Shown: positions 52,306-64,000 of the stretch, one piece after another | Position numbering within the stretch: position 1 is the stretch's first letter | Layout of the letters: every line of letters starts with the position of its first letter | Origin: Tubulanus polymorphus | Lineage: Eukaryota; Animalia; Nemertea | Assembly: GCF_964204645.1 (NCBI RefSeq) | Contig: NC_134030.1 | Location: 22,900,210 to 22,964,209 of the forward strand | Direction: 5' to 3' | Length of the DNA: 64,000 bases | Notes under the pieces: model-generated | Seen by the model: the letters and a program-made list of their open reading frames with translations, nothing else | Databases searched by the model: none | Told to the model about the DNA's origin: nothing | Made by a program: the position numbers and the translations under genes

Positions 52306-52679
52306 CTCGTTCGAATGAAACGTTACACGCCTACACCGGAAATAAAATCTCGCGATTCAATCAAATTCTGAGGACACTTTGAATAAAATTCGACTAAATG
52401 TTAATTATCTGAAGTGGTTTTTCAGCTCTGATGTTGGGTCAAGCACTCACTCTAATTACCCAGCAACATCCGGCTAAAATCTAAAATAGCTCAAGTGATC
52501 GCTTTCAAATTAACGTTGAAACGTTGCGACCGTTACTAACTGACCAATCACAAGAGAATATGAAGCAACGATTTTAGTTACGTTTGATATCAGTTTTGTT
52601 TGAATTCTCAATACTTTTAAATTGATATTTCAAACCATTCGAATAAAGCCTCTGTTATAAAGTACACATTAGAATGTGA

Positions 52680-52995
52680 ACCTCCACCCTCTCTCCTCCA
52701 CTCACCCCTCTCTCCTCCCCTCATCCCTCTCTCCTCCCCTCAACCTCATCTCTCTCCTCCCCTCACCCTCTCTCCTCCCCTCAACCTCATCTCTCTCCTC
52801 CCATCACCCCTCTCTCCTACCCTAATCCTCACCCCTCTCTCTCACTCTCCTCCCCTCACCACTTCGCTCACTCCCCTCCCCTCACCCCCGACCTCACCTC
52901 TCCCCTCACCCTCACCCCTCTCCCTCCCCTCACCCTCACCCCTCTCCCTCCCCCTCACCCTCGCCTCTCTCCCAACCCCTCACTCTCACTCACTG
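52680..52995 (+). repeat. C/T-rich low-complexity tract
   Basis: CTCTCTCCTCCCCTCACC-type units. Confidence 0.9.
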
Positions 52996-53801
52996 ACTAG
53001 CTGTTATTCCAATTAACAGTTGACAGGTTTAAGTATGATTGGCAGCTGTAGGGTTTCAATTAATCAAATCTACCAAATTAATCCTATTACATTTTAATTA
53101 ATTTCTCTTTGTAATTAATTGCTTTGAGGTGTTTGTCACTTTGTGTTAATACAATGTAATCAAGTATGAAGTTTGATAAGGTCAAACAGGTCAATCGAAC
53201 CGAACAAACAACCGAGTCCGGGTAACTTGTGAAACTCTGTAAAAACATTAAACCTTTTATCTCAACACTTTCAATATTTTTATGTCACTGTAAAAAATGA
53301 GTTTATATTGCCAGTACGGTATGTCTGCTGCTGCTGCTGCTGCCGCTGCCGATGCCGCTGCCACTGCCACTGCCGCTTCTGATGCCGATCTGTCCCAGTC
53401 TCTGATAGGAGTTTATCGAGTGTTAATAGCACGGATCTGATGTGGTTTTAACTTGTCGGTAGCTGTTGATTACTCTTGGTGTATCATGGGCAGCGGGGAT
53501 GGATATCATCACCTACAGATACATCCAGCATCCAGTAACACATCCTCCGGCTACTGACTGATTGTCAGCGGCGACAATAGCAGTAGATGATGCTTTAATG
53601 CCAATATGGCCGCAAGGCAGCAGTCGACAGAGGAATAAACTCAACGCGACATTAGAATGTTCTAGTTGAGGTCAGAGCGCGATACGATTCATTGAACATC
53701 TCTGAGAATATTGCAGAATTCACCAGAGAAAATAGTTTGAATCGGAAAAACATTTTATATTGTCTAAATAACTCTCACGGGAAACGTTTTATGGGAATCT
53801 G

Positions 53802-53992
53802 GATCCAGTTCGTCAGTTCTGAGATAAATGTGACTCTAGAGATAAATATTGAATATGAACTGATTTCAATTCAGAGTTAACTCTAAGTCACAACTGTGAA
53901 ACTGGATCCAGAGTTCAGAGATAGCTCTAACTCACAACTGTGGAACTGGGTCCTGAGTTCACAGTTAACTCTCACACTGTGGAACTGGGCCC
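53802..53992. mobile_element. 107-bp MITE (53802-53908) whose TIR equals the 20-bp satellite monomer, followed by two tandem duplicates of its right end
   Basis: CTG|GATCCAGTTCGTCAGTT ... AACTGTGAAACTGGATC|CAG, then ..CTCACAACTGTGGAACTGGGTC|CTG and ..CTCACACTGTGGAACTGGGCC|CCG. Confidence 0.75.
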
Positions 53993-54963
53993 CGAATATT
54001 ATATCTGTGACTGCAGTAGCGATATCTAGGACTCTGTGGCACCGCGGAATTCAATCAAAAAATCTGTTCAGCAAAAAGTTGTACTGATTCATATATATAT
54101 TGTACCTGATGAATTGACAGTTGTATGGACCCCCACCGCCCCTCCGCCCCTCCACCCCTCCACCCTTCCGCCCTTCCGCCCCCCTGTATGATCCCCTCCA
54201 GGTGTAACCATCACAAGCAAACAGACACGGTCCCGCATCAGCAGCCGCCGCTGGCTATCGTACACTGGTTTATTGAAGCGAGGGAACAGGTAGCTAATTA
54301 TCCATCGTCTTCTAAACTACACGACGAAGAACGAACGGTTCCGGTTCCGGTTGTGACGGCCTTGGGTCAAAACAGCGGTCGTCATAATTACCGCGCGAAA
54401 CCGACTCAATTCGCATTGATGTCACGTGACTGAGCACGCTGACAGTATTCACGATGATACGAGACTCCATGTGTGCGTGGTGGTGTGCGTGGTGCGTGCG
54501 TGGCTGCGTGCCATGGCTCTGTCCATCGCCCTTTTAAAAAACTTCCGAAAGATCAAAAGGCTGTCCATTTAACAGAGAAAAGACTAATCCAACATGGCGG
54601 ACAGGTGACTTCCTAATCTCTCATCGCCCATAATGCACAGCTCAGACCGGAACTTCCTTGAAAGGCGCCTCGACATTTAGACAGGCCAGGTCATTAGATA
54701 GAAATAAATGTTCTCAGAAAGATCTCTTGTTATTTTGTTATTCTATCATCATTTCTCCGGCCATATCCAACCGCACGATTTGGAGTCGTTACCCAATGTA
54801 GGTGTAGGAGTTCAGTGGGTTCGAATCCCATATTTTGCCGGTAACGCGCTCGGTTATCTGTAATTGGATACGGTGAGGTTTTTGAGTAGATATCGCGGTC
54901 AATAAAATCGAACAGAAATTCGTACGAAATGATTCTATTTTTTACGAAATCAATTTATTTGTA

Positions 54964-55060
54964 TTTGCGGCAGAAATAGCGGCGGTAATAGCCTCAGTAG
55001 TGGTGACACTAGATCTAGTGTAACCACTACTGACGCTCTATAGAGACTGGTTGCCGCAAA
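54964..55060. other. Palindrome / fold-back
   Basis: 40-bp palindrome at 54994-55033 with one mismatch, plus outer arms TTTGCGGCA / TGCCGCAAA. Confidence 0.85.
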
Positions 55061-56029
55061 CACAGAGACTGGTTAACGCGAAAACAGACACCGGTTAATC
55101 GAGTATCAAAAAACTGATCGAAACAAAAACCGGAGCATTCCTTCTCCATCCGAGAGTCCATTTTGTGTCGTTTGAATTGCACGCTCGACTTGTTTGCGCT
55201 AGTTGTGCATAATCTATCTCCTCATCACTGGCTAATTCGTCTCCACACCAAGCTCCACATCGCGCACGGCCTGGCGAAAAATACCGATACCGCGTAAAAA
55301 TAACCTTCATCACCGGTCACTGAATCTGTTCGCTATAGAGTTATTTCATTGTGATGTGTAGTTATTCGTAAATTGCATTTTCTGCGAAAGCGAATTTAAC
55401 GGTTTCTTTGATATATTTATTGAAATGAAAATCACCTTAAAGTAAATAAGGCTTTAGAACTAGAATTAGCTGAAGTTAAGACTGATCTTAAGTTGTTAGA
55501 TCGGTAATGGGAATAAGAGATAGTATTGAACTGAATTGTCGACTGGAACCAATGGACAAACCGATATCTAATCAATAGGCATAGTGTATGGTGTTTGTAA
55601 TGTGTCTCTAATGGCCCCGGTTTGAAATTATTAATACACACAGTCTGTACGAGCCTAGGGTCACATAAACCCCCAGTAATCAATAGCTAATGACCATTGC
55701 TCCAGGAATATCAGTCCCTCGACGCATCCGAATCATCGCTTCCCCGCAATAGTTAACACTTTTTACATATTTGGCTTCGCGCTCGGGGCTCCAACACTCT
55801 GGATAATCGACATTTCCTTCTCTGTTAGGTTAATTCGGCGGTTTTTGTCGTATCCTATTAGCTGCCAAAATTAGTTATCAGGTCGAATTTCTCGTAGAAT
55901 TTCAATTAATGGCCTCAAACCTGCTAAGTGCCACCCACCCACCTGAGGTTAGAGGTTTTCTTTTTTCAGGGTCATATAAAAATGAAGATCAATTTCTAGA
56001 CAGCAAGACCACCACCATCGGGGCTTGGT

Positions 56030-56310
56030 TGTTAGTCAGGGCTTAAAAGTGGACTTGAATCTTGAAACTGGTCTGAAGTTGTTGGATTTGTTTTGGAACC
56101 AAATTCGACCTAGACTAGTCTGAAGATGCAAGATTGACTATATGAACGAAATGGTTAGAAAACCAAAATGAGTTCAGACTAGTCTTAAGATGTTAGATTG
56201 ATTATAGAACCAAAATGAGTTTAGACTGGTCTGAAATTGATAGATTGGTGGTTATTGACCCCGAATGAGCTCAGGACTGAAATTAAACTGATCTTAAATT
56301 GATAGAATTA
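56030..56310 (-). repeat. Degenerate 47-bp MITE-interior array
   Basis: AGACT(G/A)GTCT(T/G)AAG..TTAGATTG.TTATAGAACCAAAATGAGTTT units. Confidence 0.75.
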
Positions 56311-56778
56311 TTCAAGGATTGAAAATTGAGTATTCTAGATGTCAGATACAGTACATTCTAACATCAGTCAGTATAGTGAATTAGTCGATGACCATCTCTA
56401 AAGATAGATAGACGGATATATGTCGCTCATTGACGTGATGTTATTAGGTAAATTGAAATCAATTCGTAGAAATATAGCGTGTAGCGGACCTTTTACTGCC
56501 ATCAGAGATGTGAGCGTTATACACAAAATTGCAGCTATTACGTACGGTAGCTTTGACACAAACTCGCTGCCAGCTTACGACACATCTTTTCCCCTCGTGT
56601 CATGTACATTCGGTTTGGCTCACGATTTTTCCGGTAGCTGTCACTAGACATTATCATCATCAGATCGACTGAACGAAAGGTCGAGTTAACATCGAGTCCG
56701 GAGTCAATCCACAATGTCAACACGAAAACAAACTCACTTATAAAACAAACAAAAACATAAAAACATTTTGCGCCTAAA

Positions 56779-57945
56779 AAACTCGGGGTAGAATTTTACC
56801 GGTCTCAACTTTACCGCAGTAAGAGACAGAGTCTACTGTATTTCACAAACTCTTACTCAGTATTTGACACCAACTCGGGGTAGAATTATACCGGTCTCAA
56901 CTTTACCGCAGTAAGAGACAGAGTCTACTGTATTTCACAAACTCTTATTCAGTATTTGACACCGACTCGGGGTAGAATTTTACCGGTCTCAACTTTACCG
57001 CAGTAAGAGACAGAGTCTACTGTATTTCACAAACTCTTACTCAGTATTTGACACCAACTCGGGGTAGAATTTTACCAGTCTCAACTTTACCGCAGTAAGA
57101 GACAGAGTCTACTGTATTTCACAAACTCTTACTCAGTATTTGACACCAACTCGGGGTAGAATTTTACCAGTCTCAACTTTACCGCAGTAAGAGACAGAGT
57201 CTACTGTATTTTATAAAATCTTACTCCGTATCTGACACCAACTCGGGGTAGAATTTTACCGGTCTCAACTTTACCGCAGTAAGAGACAGAGTCTACTGTA
57301 TATCACAAACTCTTACTCAGTATTTGACACCAACTAGGGGTAGAATTTTACCGGTCTCAACTTTACCGCAGTAAGAGACAGAGTCTACTGTATTTTATAA
57401 AATCTTACTCCGTATCTGACACCAACTCGGGGTAGAATTTTACCGGTCTCAACTTTACCGCAGTAAGAGACAGAGTCTACTGTATATCACAAACTCTTAC
57501 TCAGTATTTGACACCAACTCCGGGTAGAATTTTACCGGTCTCAACTTTACCGCAGTAAGAGACAGAGTCTACTGTATTTCACAAACTCTTACTCAGTATT
57601 TGACACCAACTCGGGGTAGAATTTTACCGGTCTCAACTTTACCGCAGTAAGAGACAGAGTCTACTGTATTTCACAAACTCTTACTCAGTATTTGACACCA
57701 ACTCGGGGTAGAATTTTACCAGTCTCAACTTTACCGCAGTAAGAGACAGAGTCTACTGTATTTCACAAACTCTTACTCAGTATTTGACACCAACTCCGGG
57801 TAGAATTTTACCGGTCTCAACTTTACCGCAGTAAGAGACAGAGTCTACTGTATTTCACAAACTCTTACTCAGTATTTGACACCAACTCCGGGTAGAATTT
57901 TACCAGTCTCACCTTACCCCAGTAAGAGACAGAGTCTACTATATT
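56779..57945. repeat. 92-bp satellite, about 12.7 highly similar copies
   Basis: AACTCGGGGTAGAATTTTACCGGTCTCAACTTTACCGCAGTAAGAGACAGAGTCTACTGTATTTCACAAACTCTTACTCAGTATTTGACACC; ACTC starts at 56781, 56873, 56965, ... Confidence 0.99.
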
Positions 57946-58525
57946 TCGTGAACTGTATCTCCACAAACACTTTATATATCTGTTAGAAATGATCAACTCA
58001 GATAAAAATCCAAAATTCAATTCAAACAGATTCGCATCGATTCTTGGTAAAGATGAAAATGATGACAAATCAAAAGATCGCAGTTTTATTTTTAGCGATG
58101 AAGCGAATGAAGCACTTAATCTTCTCGTGATTAAGATACATTCATCACAATTTGCAGTAAATTACGGATTTTCTGTAAACAGATCCTTGGAGTCCATATA
58201 AACGACATAGCGAGACGTGATCGCGAGCGCGTGAGCTTAATGTTGGATTTACATGCGAAAAAAATCCGATTCGAAAATAAATCAAACTCGTGTCGACTGT
58301 CGACTGTCGACTGTCGATGTTATTTAATTAGTCTCGAGATTATAGCTGGAAATAACACGCCTTAATACTGTATTAAACAGAGTAGTCTGTGTAGGCGCCG
58401 TACAGATTGAAAACTAACACTGATTGCTGATATCTCGGAGACAAAACAATGACTGCGTTCAACCGAGTCAGAAGTCAAGGTCACTGTCAGTTCGACCAAT
58501 CAGCGATACTAATAACTCAGGAACC

Positions 58526-58688
58526 CAGGACTGTGGAACTGGTTGCAGAACTGTGGAACTGGATCCAGAACTGTGGTACTGGGTCCAGAACTGTGGAACT
58601 TGATACAGAATTGTGGAACTAGGTCCAGAACTGTGGAACTGGGCCCTGAACTGTGGAAATGGGCCCTGAACTGCGGAACTGGGTCCAT
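58526..58688 (+). repeat. 20-bp satellite family, about 8 units
   Basis: CAGAACTGTGGAACTGG(AT/GT/GC)C. Confidence 0.93.
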
Positions 58689-61077
58689 ATCTTGGAGTCT
58701 TAAAAAACATTTTCTAATTCCCTGATGTTCGATAAACTTTCAAAACATTTTTATCTGTTAATTTCGAAAACACAAAGAACAAAACCAAAAATCATCTCTT
58801 ATGAAGAAACTGTTTTTATTTATTAAAAAGCGCGGGTCACACCGAAAATCAATCAGTCAGAAACAAACATCATCTTCGAGGCAAAAATCGAAACTAATTT
58901 TCAGTTTAAAAACTTCAGTATTTAAAACAAAAAGCGATTTTTAACATTTTAATCAAGACGAGAAGTTTCAAATAAAACGGTCGCGTTTGAAATAGAAAAA
59001 GCTCGTCTCTGATTGGTCGGTTTGTCGGAGATGAACTTTTTTTATTGGCTATAGCCCGAGGCTGATTGGTTGTAACCGCGTTCAATCCGCCTGGGTTGAT
59101 GATGAGATTCTGTCGTTACAAGTAGGACTAGAAAGCCTGCGCCCTCCTCCCCTCCTTCCCCGAGGGGGGGGGTGAAACTCTACACAATTTGTTGTAAAAT
59201 GAAAATCTGTAATGAAGTTAATCTAAAGACTGATGTCGAAAGACGAACGAATCGTAAATCCCGAAATGATCTAGACGGATTAGAGAACGTTGTTACGTCA
59301 TTTACTTCCTTCATGTCAGTTTCGGATTTGACAAGACAGGAAAGCTCGACATTTGACCCCGGGGCAGTGAGAGAGGGGAGAGAGGGGAGAGACAGACAGG
59401 CGTCGAGGTGTAACCCTCATCACTACAGCTCGAAATGAGGATTTAGCGAAACGAGATAAAGATATGAATATTCTCTTAAAAAAAATCGCTTGTAACAAGA
59501 TTATTCCGTTTGAGTTCAATGACTTCTATCAGAAGCACAACTTTCCTTCCATACGAGATGTGGGTGAAAAAGAGAGATTTTGAGCTATATTTAACCAGCC
59601 CCCCTTCCCCCAGCCCCCCTCCTCCCCCCGCGCACACGAATACACCTCTTATTCATATCCGTTCTGTTAAATTAGCAAACAACAAAATGCTAATTTCATT
59701 GATGTCAAACTTGTCATCCAAATAATCGTTAAGATTCTTTACAAAAAAAGCTCGACAAAAATCGATATGTTTGAATTGTTTTTATCACGGGCAGAAATGC
59801 GGACGCTTTTAAGAGGACAACGTTTTTGAAAAGGTCAGAGAATATCAGCAGCAAATAGAAAACAGGATGAAATAGTTTAAACGGTCTTAAGAAGGCTGAG
59901 TTTGGTATCTTCCCGGAAAGACAAGGCGAACGAACAGTTTGTCGAACTCGTACGAACAAAGAATTCGTAATCGTGTTTTTAGACGAAATCAATAAACCGC
60001 GATACAACAACAAGATTACACCGTGTGTAATCTCGAATCAAACACAGCCGCAAGGCGACTACCCTGCCTCATATAGATAACATCGGCTTATATAAACACT
60101 TTACTCTCAAATTCATCAGTCTCAAAACTCGCTTTATGAATATCTGAAATGCGGTCTGTTAGGAACAGCGGATTAATGTTTGTACAATCATTTTCTTATT
60201 TGGCTGATGAAGTGGATAGTATGTGGATAGTATGTGGAATTACATAGTTCGTTCCACGTGATAGCGATGATAAAAGATCAATAGAAGACATTCCTAGAAC
60301 TACGTCTCAGCGCGCTTTACAATCAAATATAGCAGGGGCGGATCTAAGAAAAGCGGAGCCACCCTTTTCTCGGATTAAGCAGAAAATACCGCGAATGATG
60401 TTAGACATTCTTGGAGAAATACATTCGAAAATATGCAATTTCCGAGAGGATCAGTGCAGCAAGTTCCAACTATTTCTATCTCGATGGAAAGAGGAGGGAG
60501 GGATAACCTGAACGGTAAAACAGGTTTATGAAAACCCGACATCACGCCATAGTTTTCGTCAGAACAGACTGTAAGTGATTGAGTTGTGTTCATAACCCTT
60601 TTGTGAAAAACCTTTAAAATGTAAAACAAACTTTGAGCTTCCTTCGCGAGTCATATCTGTAAATCCCTTCCAAAGACTGTTCGTGTCACAGTCTAAACTC
60701 GTGTGCTGTTTTTTACAAGTTCAAATTCAGATTTCTACCCATTCAGTTCCCATAAGAAAACGCGCTGTGAAGAGCTTATAGATTTTAGAAAATACAGCTA
60801 AAATCCATTATAGTTTTTTTCTTACAATTTGAAATAATTTCAGATTTGAATAACACAACACACTCAGGTCGCTTACCTTAGTAATTCTTATGTAACTCAT
60901 TTGAGGAACTCGCGTCGGTTTGAAGCAAGCGCTGAATTTCAGCGAACCTGCAACAAAAAGTATATAATAACATATTGAAATATGAAATGGATTCAACTTC
61001 AGGTAAAGGTTTCATTTATTTGATTTCGGCTTCAAATGAGAAAATAAATACTTTCAAATAGTCAAATCCCTCGATGG

Positions 61078-61345
61078 TATATTAAGCCCTCCCTCTCCTC
61101 CCCTCAGGGGATATTAAGCCCCCTTTCCCTCTGGGGGATATTAAGCCCCCTCTCCTCCCCTCAGGGGAAATAAAGCCCCCTCTCCTCCCCTCAGGGGATA
61201 TTAAGCCCCCTTCCCTCTGGGGGATATAAAGCCCTCCCTCTCCTCCCCTCAGGGGAAATTAAGCCCCCTCTCCTCCCCTCAGGGGATATTAAGCCCCCCT
61301 CTCCTCCCCTCAGGGGATATTAAGCCCCCTTCCCTCTGGGGGATT
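61078..61345. repeat. About 27-30-bp minisatellite with CCCCTCAGGGG hairpins
   Basis: GGGATATTAAGCCCCCTCTCCTCCCCTCAG variants, about 9 copies. Confidence 0.9.
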
Positions 61346-62251
61346 GAAACTGTTTCATTAGTTAAACGTGTTCTCTATGATGATGATGGAATCTACCGGA
61401 AAATGTTAAAATTCTACGCAGATAATTGCGATTTCGTGAGCCGAGTTTCCAGACACCGAGAGACAACATTTTCCATCAATTTTAAATGAACATTTTATCA
61501 GCTCAATGATTTCAATGCAGCTCCGTCGCGGCGCATTCGCTTTAACTCACATTACTGTACATAGATTTCCGAATATCAAAATTGATACGAGTACGAAATA
61601 TCTATTTCACTCCGACTATTTCCAAGGAAAAAACAGTTCTACAATTGATTAATCACAAAAATTTAAAATAAAACCGTTTTAAAACTTAATAAACGGGTCA
61701 CTTTCACTAAGTATATACATATGCTTTTTACAATACATATATACTTCCGGGAGGATTTAAAATTAAACAGTGCAGAACAGCGCCCCCTAGTGACGAAAAC
61801 AAACATCTCTTGGCCAGTCGGATAGAGGCCAGTTGTGGTTCAATTCAATCACCTCATAAACCTATAATTCAGCGACTGGGCTCCGAACCATCTGTTTACT
61901 GTGTCTTTAGGTGAAATAATTCTATCATTCCCGACCCTTTCCACGGTATAAGCAAAAAACGCCCCCTGGTGGCTAGAAAGTGAAAACAGTTGTTCCTCTT
62001 CGTGATATTCAACCGATACAAACGGAATCTTAAGAAAACTGATAACAAATTCTTGTCGCGGTCGAAAACCAGTTTCGTCCTTATTAGAATAAACATTGGA
62101 GTTCATGGAGAAATATTAAACTAGTTGAGGAGAAGTGAATGAATGATATTCCGCTAACGAGTCGAGATACAAAATAAACACTTCAATACCATCTACATAC
62201 TACACCATATGCACTTATATCAGTTTTGAGTTCAAGTGTGCTCGTTGTCAG

Positions 62252-62343
62252 TAGCGGCAGCGGCAGCAGCAGCAGCAGCAGCGGCAGCAGCGGCAGCAGC
62301 GGCAGCAGCAGCAGCAGGAGCAGCAGCAGCAGTAGCAGCAGCG
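62252..62343. repeat. Interrupted (CAG/CGG)n
   Basis: AGC-based trinucleotide tract. Confidence 0.95.
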
Positions 62344-62376
62344 GATTTTATTTACACTCCAACCATTTCCATAGTA

Positions 62377-62475
<99 letters not shown>
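62377..62475. repeat. (TATGGG)n, about 16 units
   Basis: Pure hexamer tract. Confidence 0.98.
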
Positions 62476-62647
62476 ACTAGCGACCCCTGGTGGATCATCA
62501 CTTGCCACAAGTGGAACCCTCTATTACCGCAGTATTTGATGTCCTACTGCACACTAGTGACACCTGGTGGATCCTCACTTGCCACAAGTGGAATCCTCTA
62601 TTGCTGCAGAAGTTGAAGTCCTACTGCACACTAGCGACACCTGGTGT
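62476..62647. repeat. About 76-bp repeat, about 2.2 copies, with a CTCF-like motif
   Basis: ACTAGCGAC(C/A)CCTGGTGGATC..CACTTGCCACAAGTGGAA.. Confidence 0.85.
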
Positions 62648-62984
62648 TAGTTCAGTGTAGTTTTGATAATATTAAAGTAGTTTCAGAGACACATGTTGTC
62701 AACGGTAACATTATTAATGATTTCAGGCAGAGAAATTTGATTAATACTTGAATAGAAGGAGACGATGGGACGATGAAGTGGAAGTGGATGTGGATGTGGA
62801 TGTGGATGCAGTGACTGGTGATACCGAGTTTGCGTTTATTCATCACACAGTTAATTATATCAGTAATCAACCGAATGAATGAGAAACAGCAATCGGCATC
62901 AGTCAATTTATAGTCAGTTCTAAAACAGTTCTAAAACAGTTCGGTAAACGAATCAAATCTTAGAACACGTTAAAAATAGATAAC

Positions 62985-63312
62985 TGAAATGAGTTTAAAC
63001 TTGTCTTAAGTTGTTAGATTGGTTATAGAACTAAAATGAGTTTAAACTGGTCTGAAGTTGTTAGATTGTTTATAGAACTAAAATGAGTTTAGACTGGTCT
63101 TAAGTTGTTAGATTGGTTATGGAACTAAAATGAGTTTAGACTGGTCTTAAGTTGTTAGATTGGTTATAGAACTAAAATGAGTTTAGACTGGTCTTAAGTT
63201 GTTAGATTGGTTATAGAACTAAAATGAGTTTAGACTGGTCTTAAATTGATAGATCGGTTATAGAACTAAAATGAGTTTAGACTGGTCTTAGAATGATTGG
63301 CTATTGAACCAA
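62985..63312 (-). repeat. 47-bp MITE-interior array, about 7 well-conserved copies
   Basis: AGACTGGTCTTAAGTTGTTAGATTGGTTATAGAACTAAAATGAGTTT at 63091, 63138, 63185, ... Confidence 0.95.
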
Positions 63313-63552
63313 AACGTCTGATCTTAAATCTAGACCGTTCATAATGATTCCTCCCGGCCAGTGTAGTTTCTCTCTCTCTCTCTTCTCTCTTTCTCTTTCC
63401 GTATGTGTTTGTGTTCGCAAGTCATGAACGTTAAGTTTTTAAGCTGGTCTGGAAATCACGAGGGAAATCACGTGTTAATCGTGCGGACCGTTGTCTAAAT
63501 GAATTACTACTATAAATGTATTACTACGCGATGTTGCATCGAGTCCTTTTCA

Positions 63553-63663
63553 CTGCTGCTGCTGCTGCTGCTGCCGCTGCTGCTGCCGCTGCTGCCACTG
63601 CTGCTGCCGCTGCTGCTGCCGCTGCTGCCACTGCTGCTGCCGCTGCTGCCGCTGCTGCTGCTG
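63553..63663. repeat. Interrupted (CTG/CCG)n
   Basis: Trinucleotide tract. Confidence 0.95.
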
Positions 63664-63907
63664 ATACTGAGGGTAAATCAGAAATAAACCTATTTCTCCC
63701 ATCTCACATAATTACAAACTGTGGCCGTGTGAAGCCTACTGCGGTAAGTGAAGCCTACTGCGGTAAGTGAAGCCTACATAATGTCATAATCCCTTCGTCA
63801 ATCGTCACGGAATTCATTTTGATTCTGACCCAGTTTTCTAATCCGGTTACACTATAACACGTAGGTGCTGCACGGTTTGACATCGTCCTGACCGCTTTGT
63901 TAGCTTA

Positions 63908-64000
63908 ACTAACTGACCACTGAGTGCGTACTAACTGACCACTGAGTAAGTACTGACTGACCAGTGAGTAAGTACCAACTGACCACTGAGTAAGTACTCA
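63908..64000. repeat. About 22-bp minisatellite running off the window end
   Basis: ACT(A/G)ACTGACCACTGAGTAAGT units. Confidence 0.85.

Noticed and set aside
53321-53440. 39-aa ATG ORF MSAAAAAAAADAAATATAAS...
   Set aside because: Derived from a low-complexity CTG/CCG tract, with no splice or homology support.
56779-57945. CRISPR-like array (also considered for the 20-, 33-, 47- and 52-bp arrays)
   Set aside because: Head-to-tail repeats without unique spacers, no cas genes, and a spliceosomal eukaryotic context.
62226-62616. Ala-rich plus (GY)n ORF resembling a shell or cuticle protein
   Set aside because: Made of adjacent CAG and perfect TATGGG tracts with no synonymous variation. Non-ATG start and no signal peptide.

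Overview
Eukaryotic (bilaterian invertebrate, probably spiralian; taxon is inferred) genomic DNA that is gene-poor and repeat-rich. Coding content: the last three exons of V-ATPase catalytic subunit A (+, 55-1306); two single-coding-exon class A GPCRs on the minus strand (a divergent orphan at 3409-4404 and an FMRFamide-receptor-like peptide receptor at 21184-22383); and an inverted pseudogenic remnant of the first GPCR (6320-6434). I found no protein-coding exon after 22.4 kb; much of that region may be 5'UTR intron of the second GPCR. Nearly all long ORFs in the supplied track are tandem-repeat artefacts. Repeats include a 9.2-kb 20-bp satellite with nested higher-order structure, 22-, 33-, 47- and 92-bp arrays, many minisatellites and microsatellites, several non-autonomous DNA transposons (Kolobok-, MULE-, Harbinger- and Helentron-like) and tRNA-derived elements. 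Most notable: (1) the 20-bp satellite monomer matches the terminus plus CWG flank of a small MITE in the same window, with intermediate stages of end amplification visible; (2) a related MITE supplies a 47-bp array from its interior; (3) a cluster of Penelope-type minimal hammerhead ribozyme motifs at ~30.7 kb; (4) minisatellites made of CTCF-like or NF-Y/CCAAT motifs flank the peptide receptor. Boundaries were read by eye, so repeat ends are approximate.
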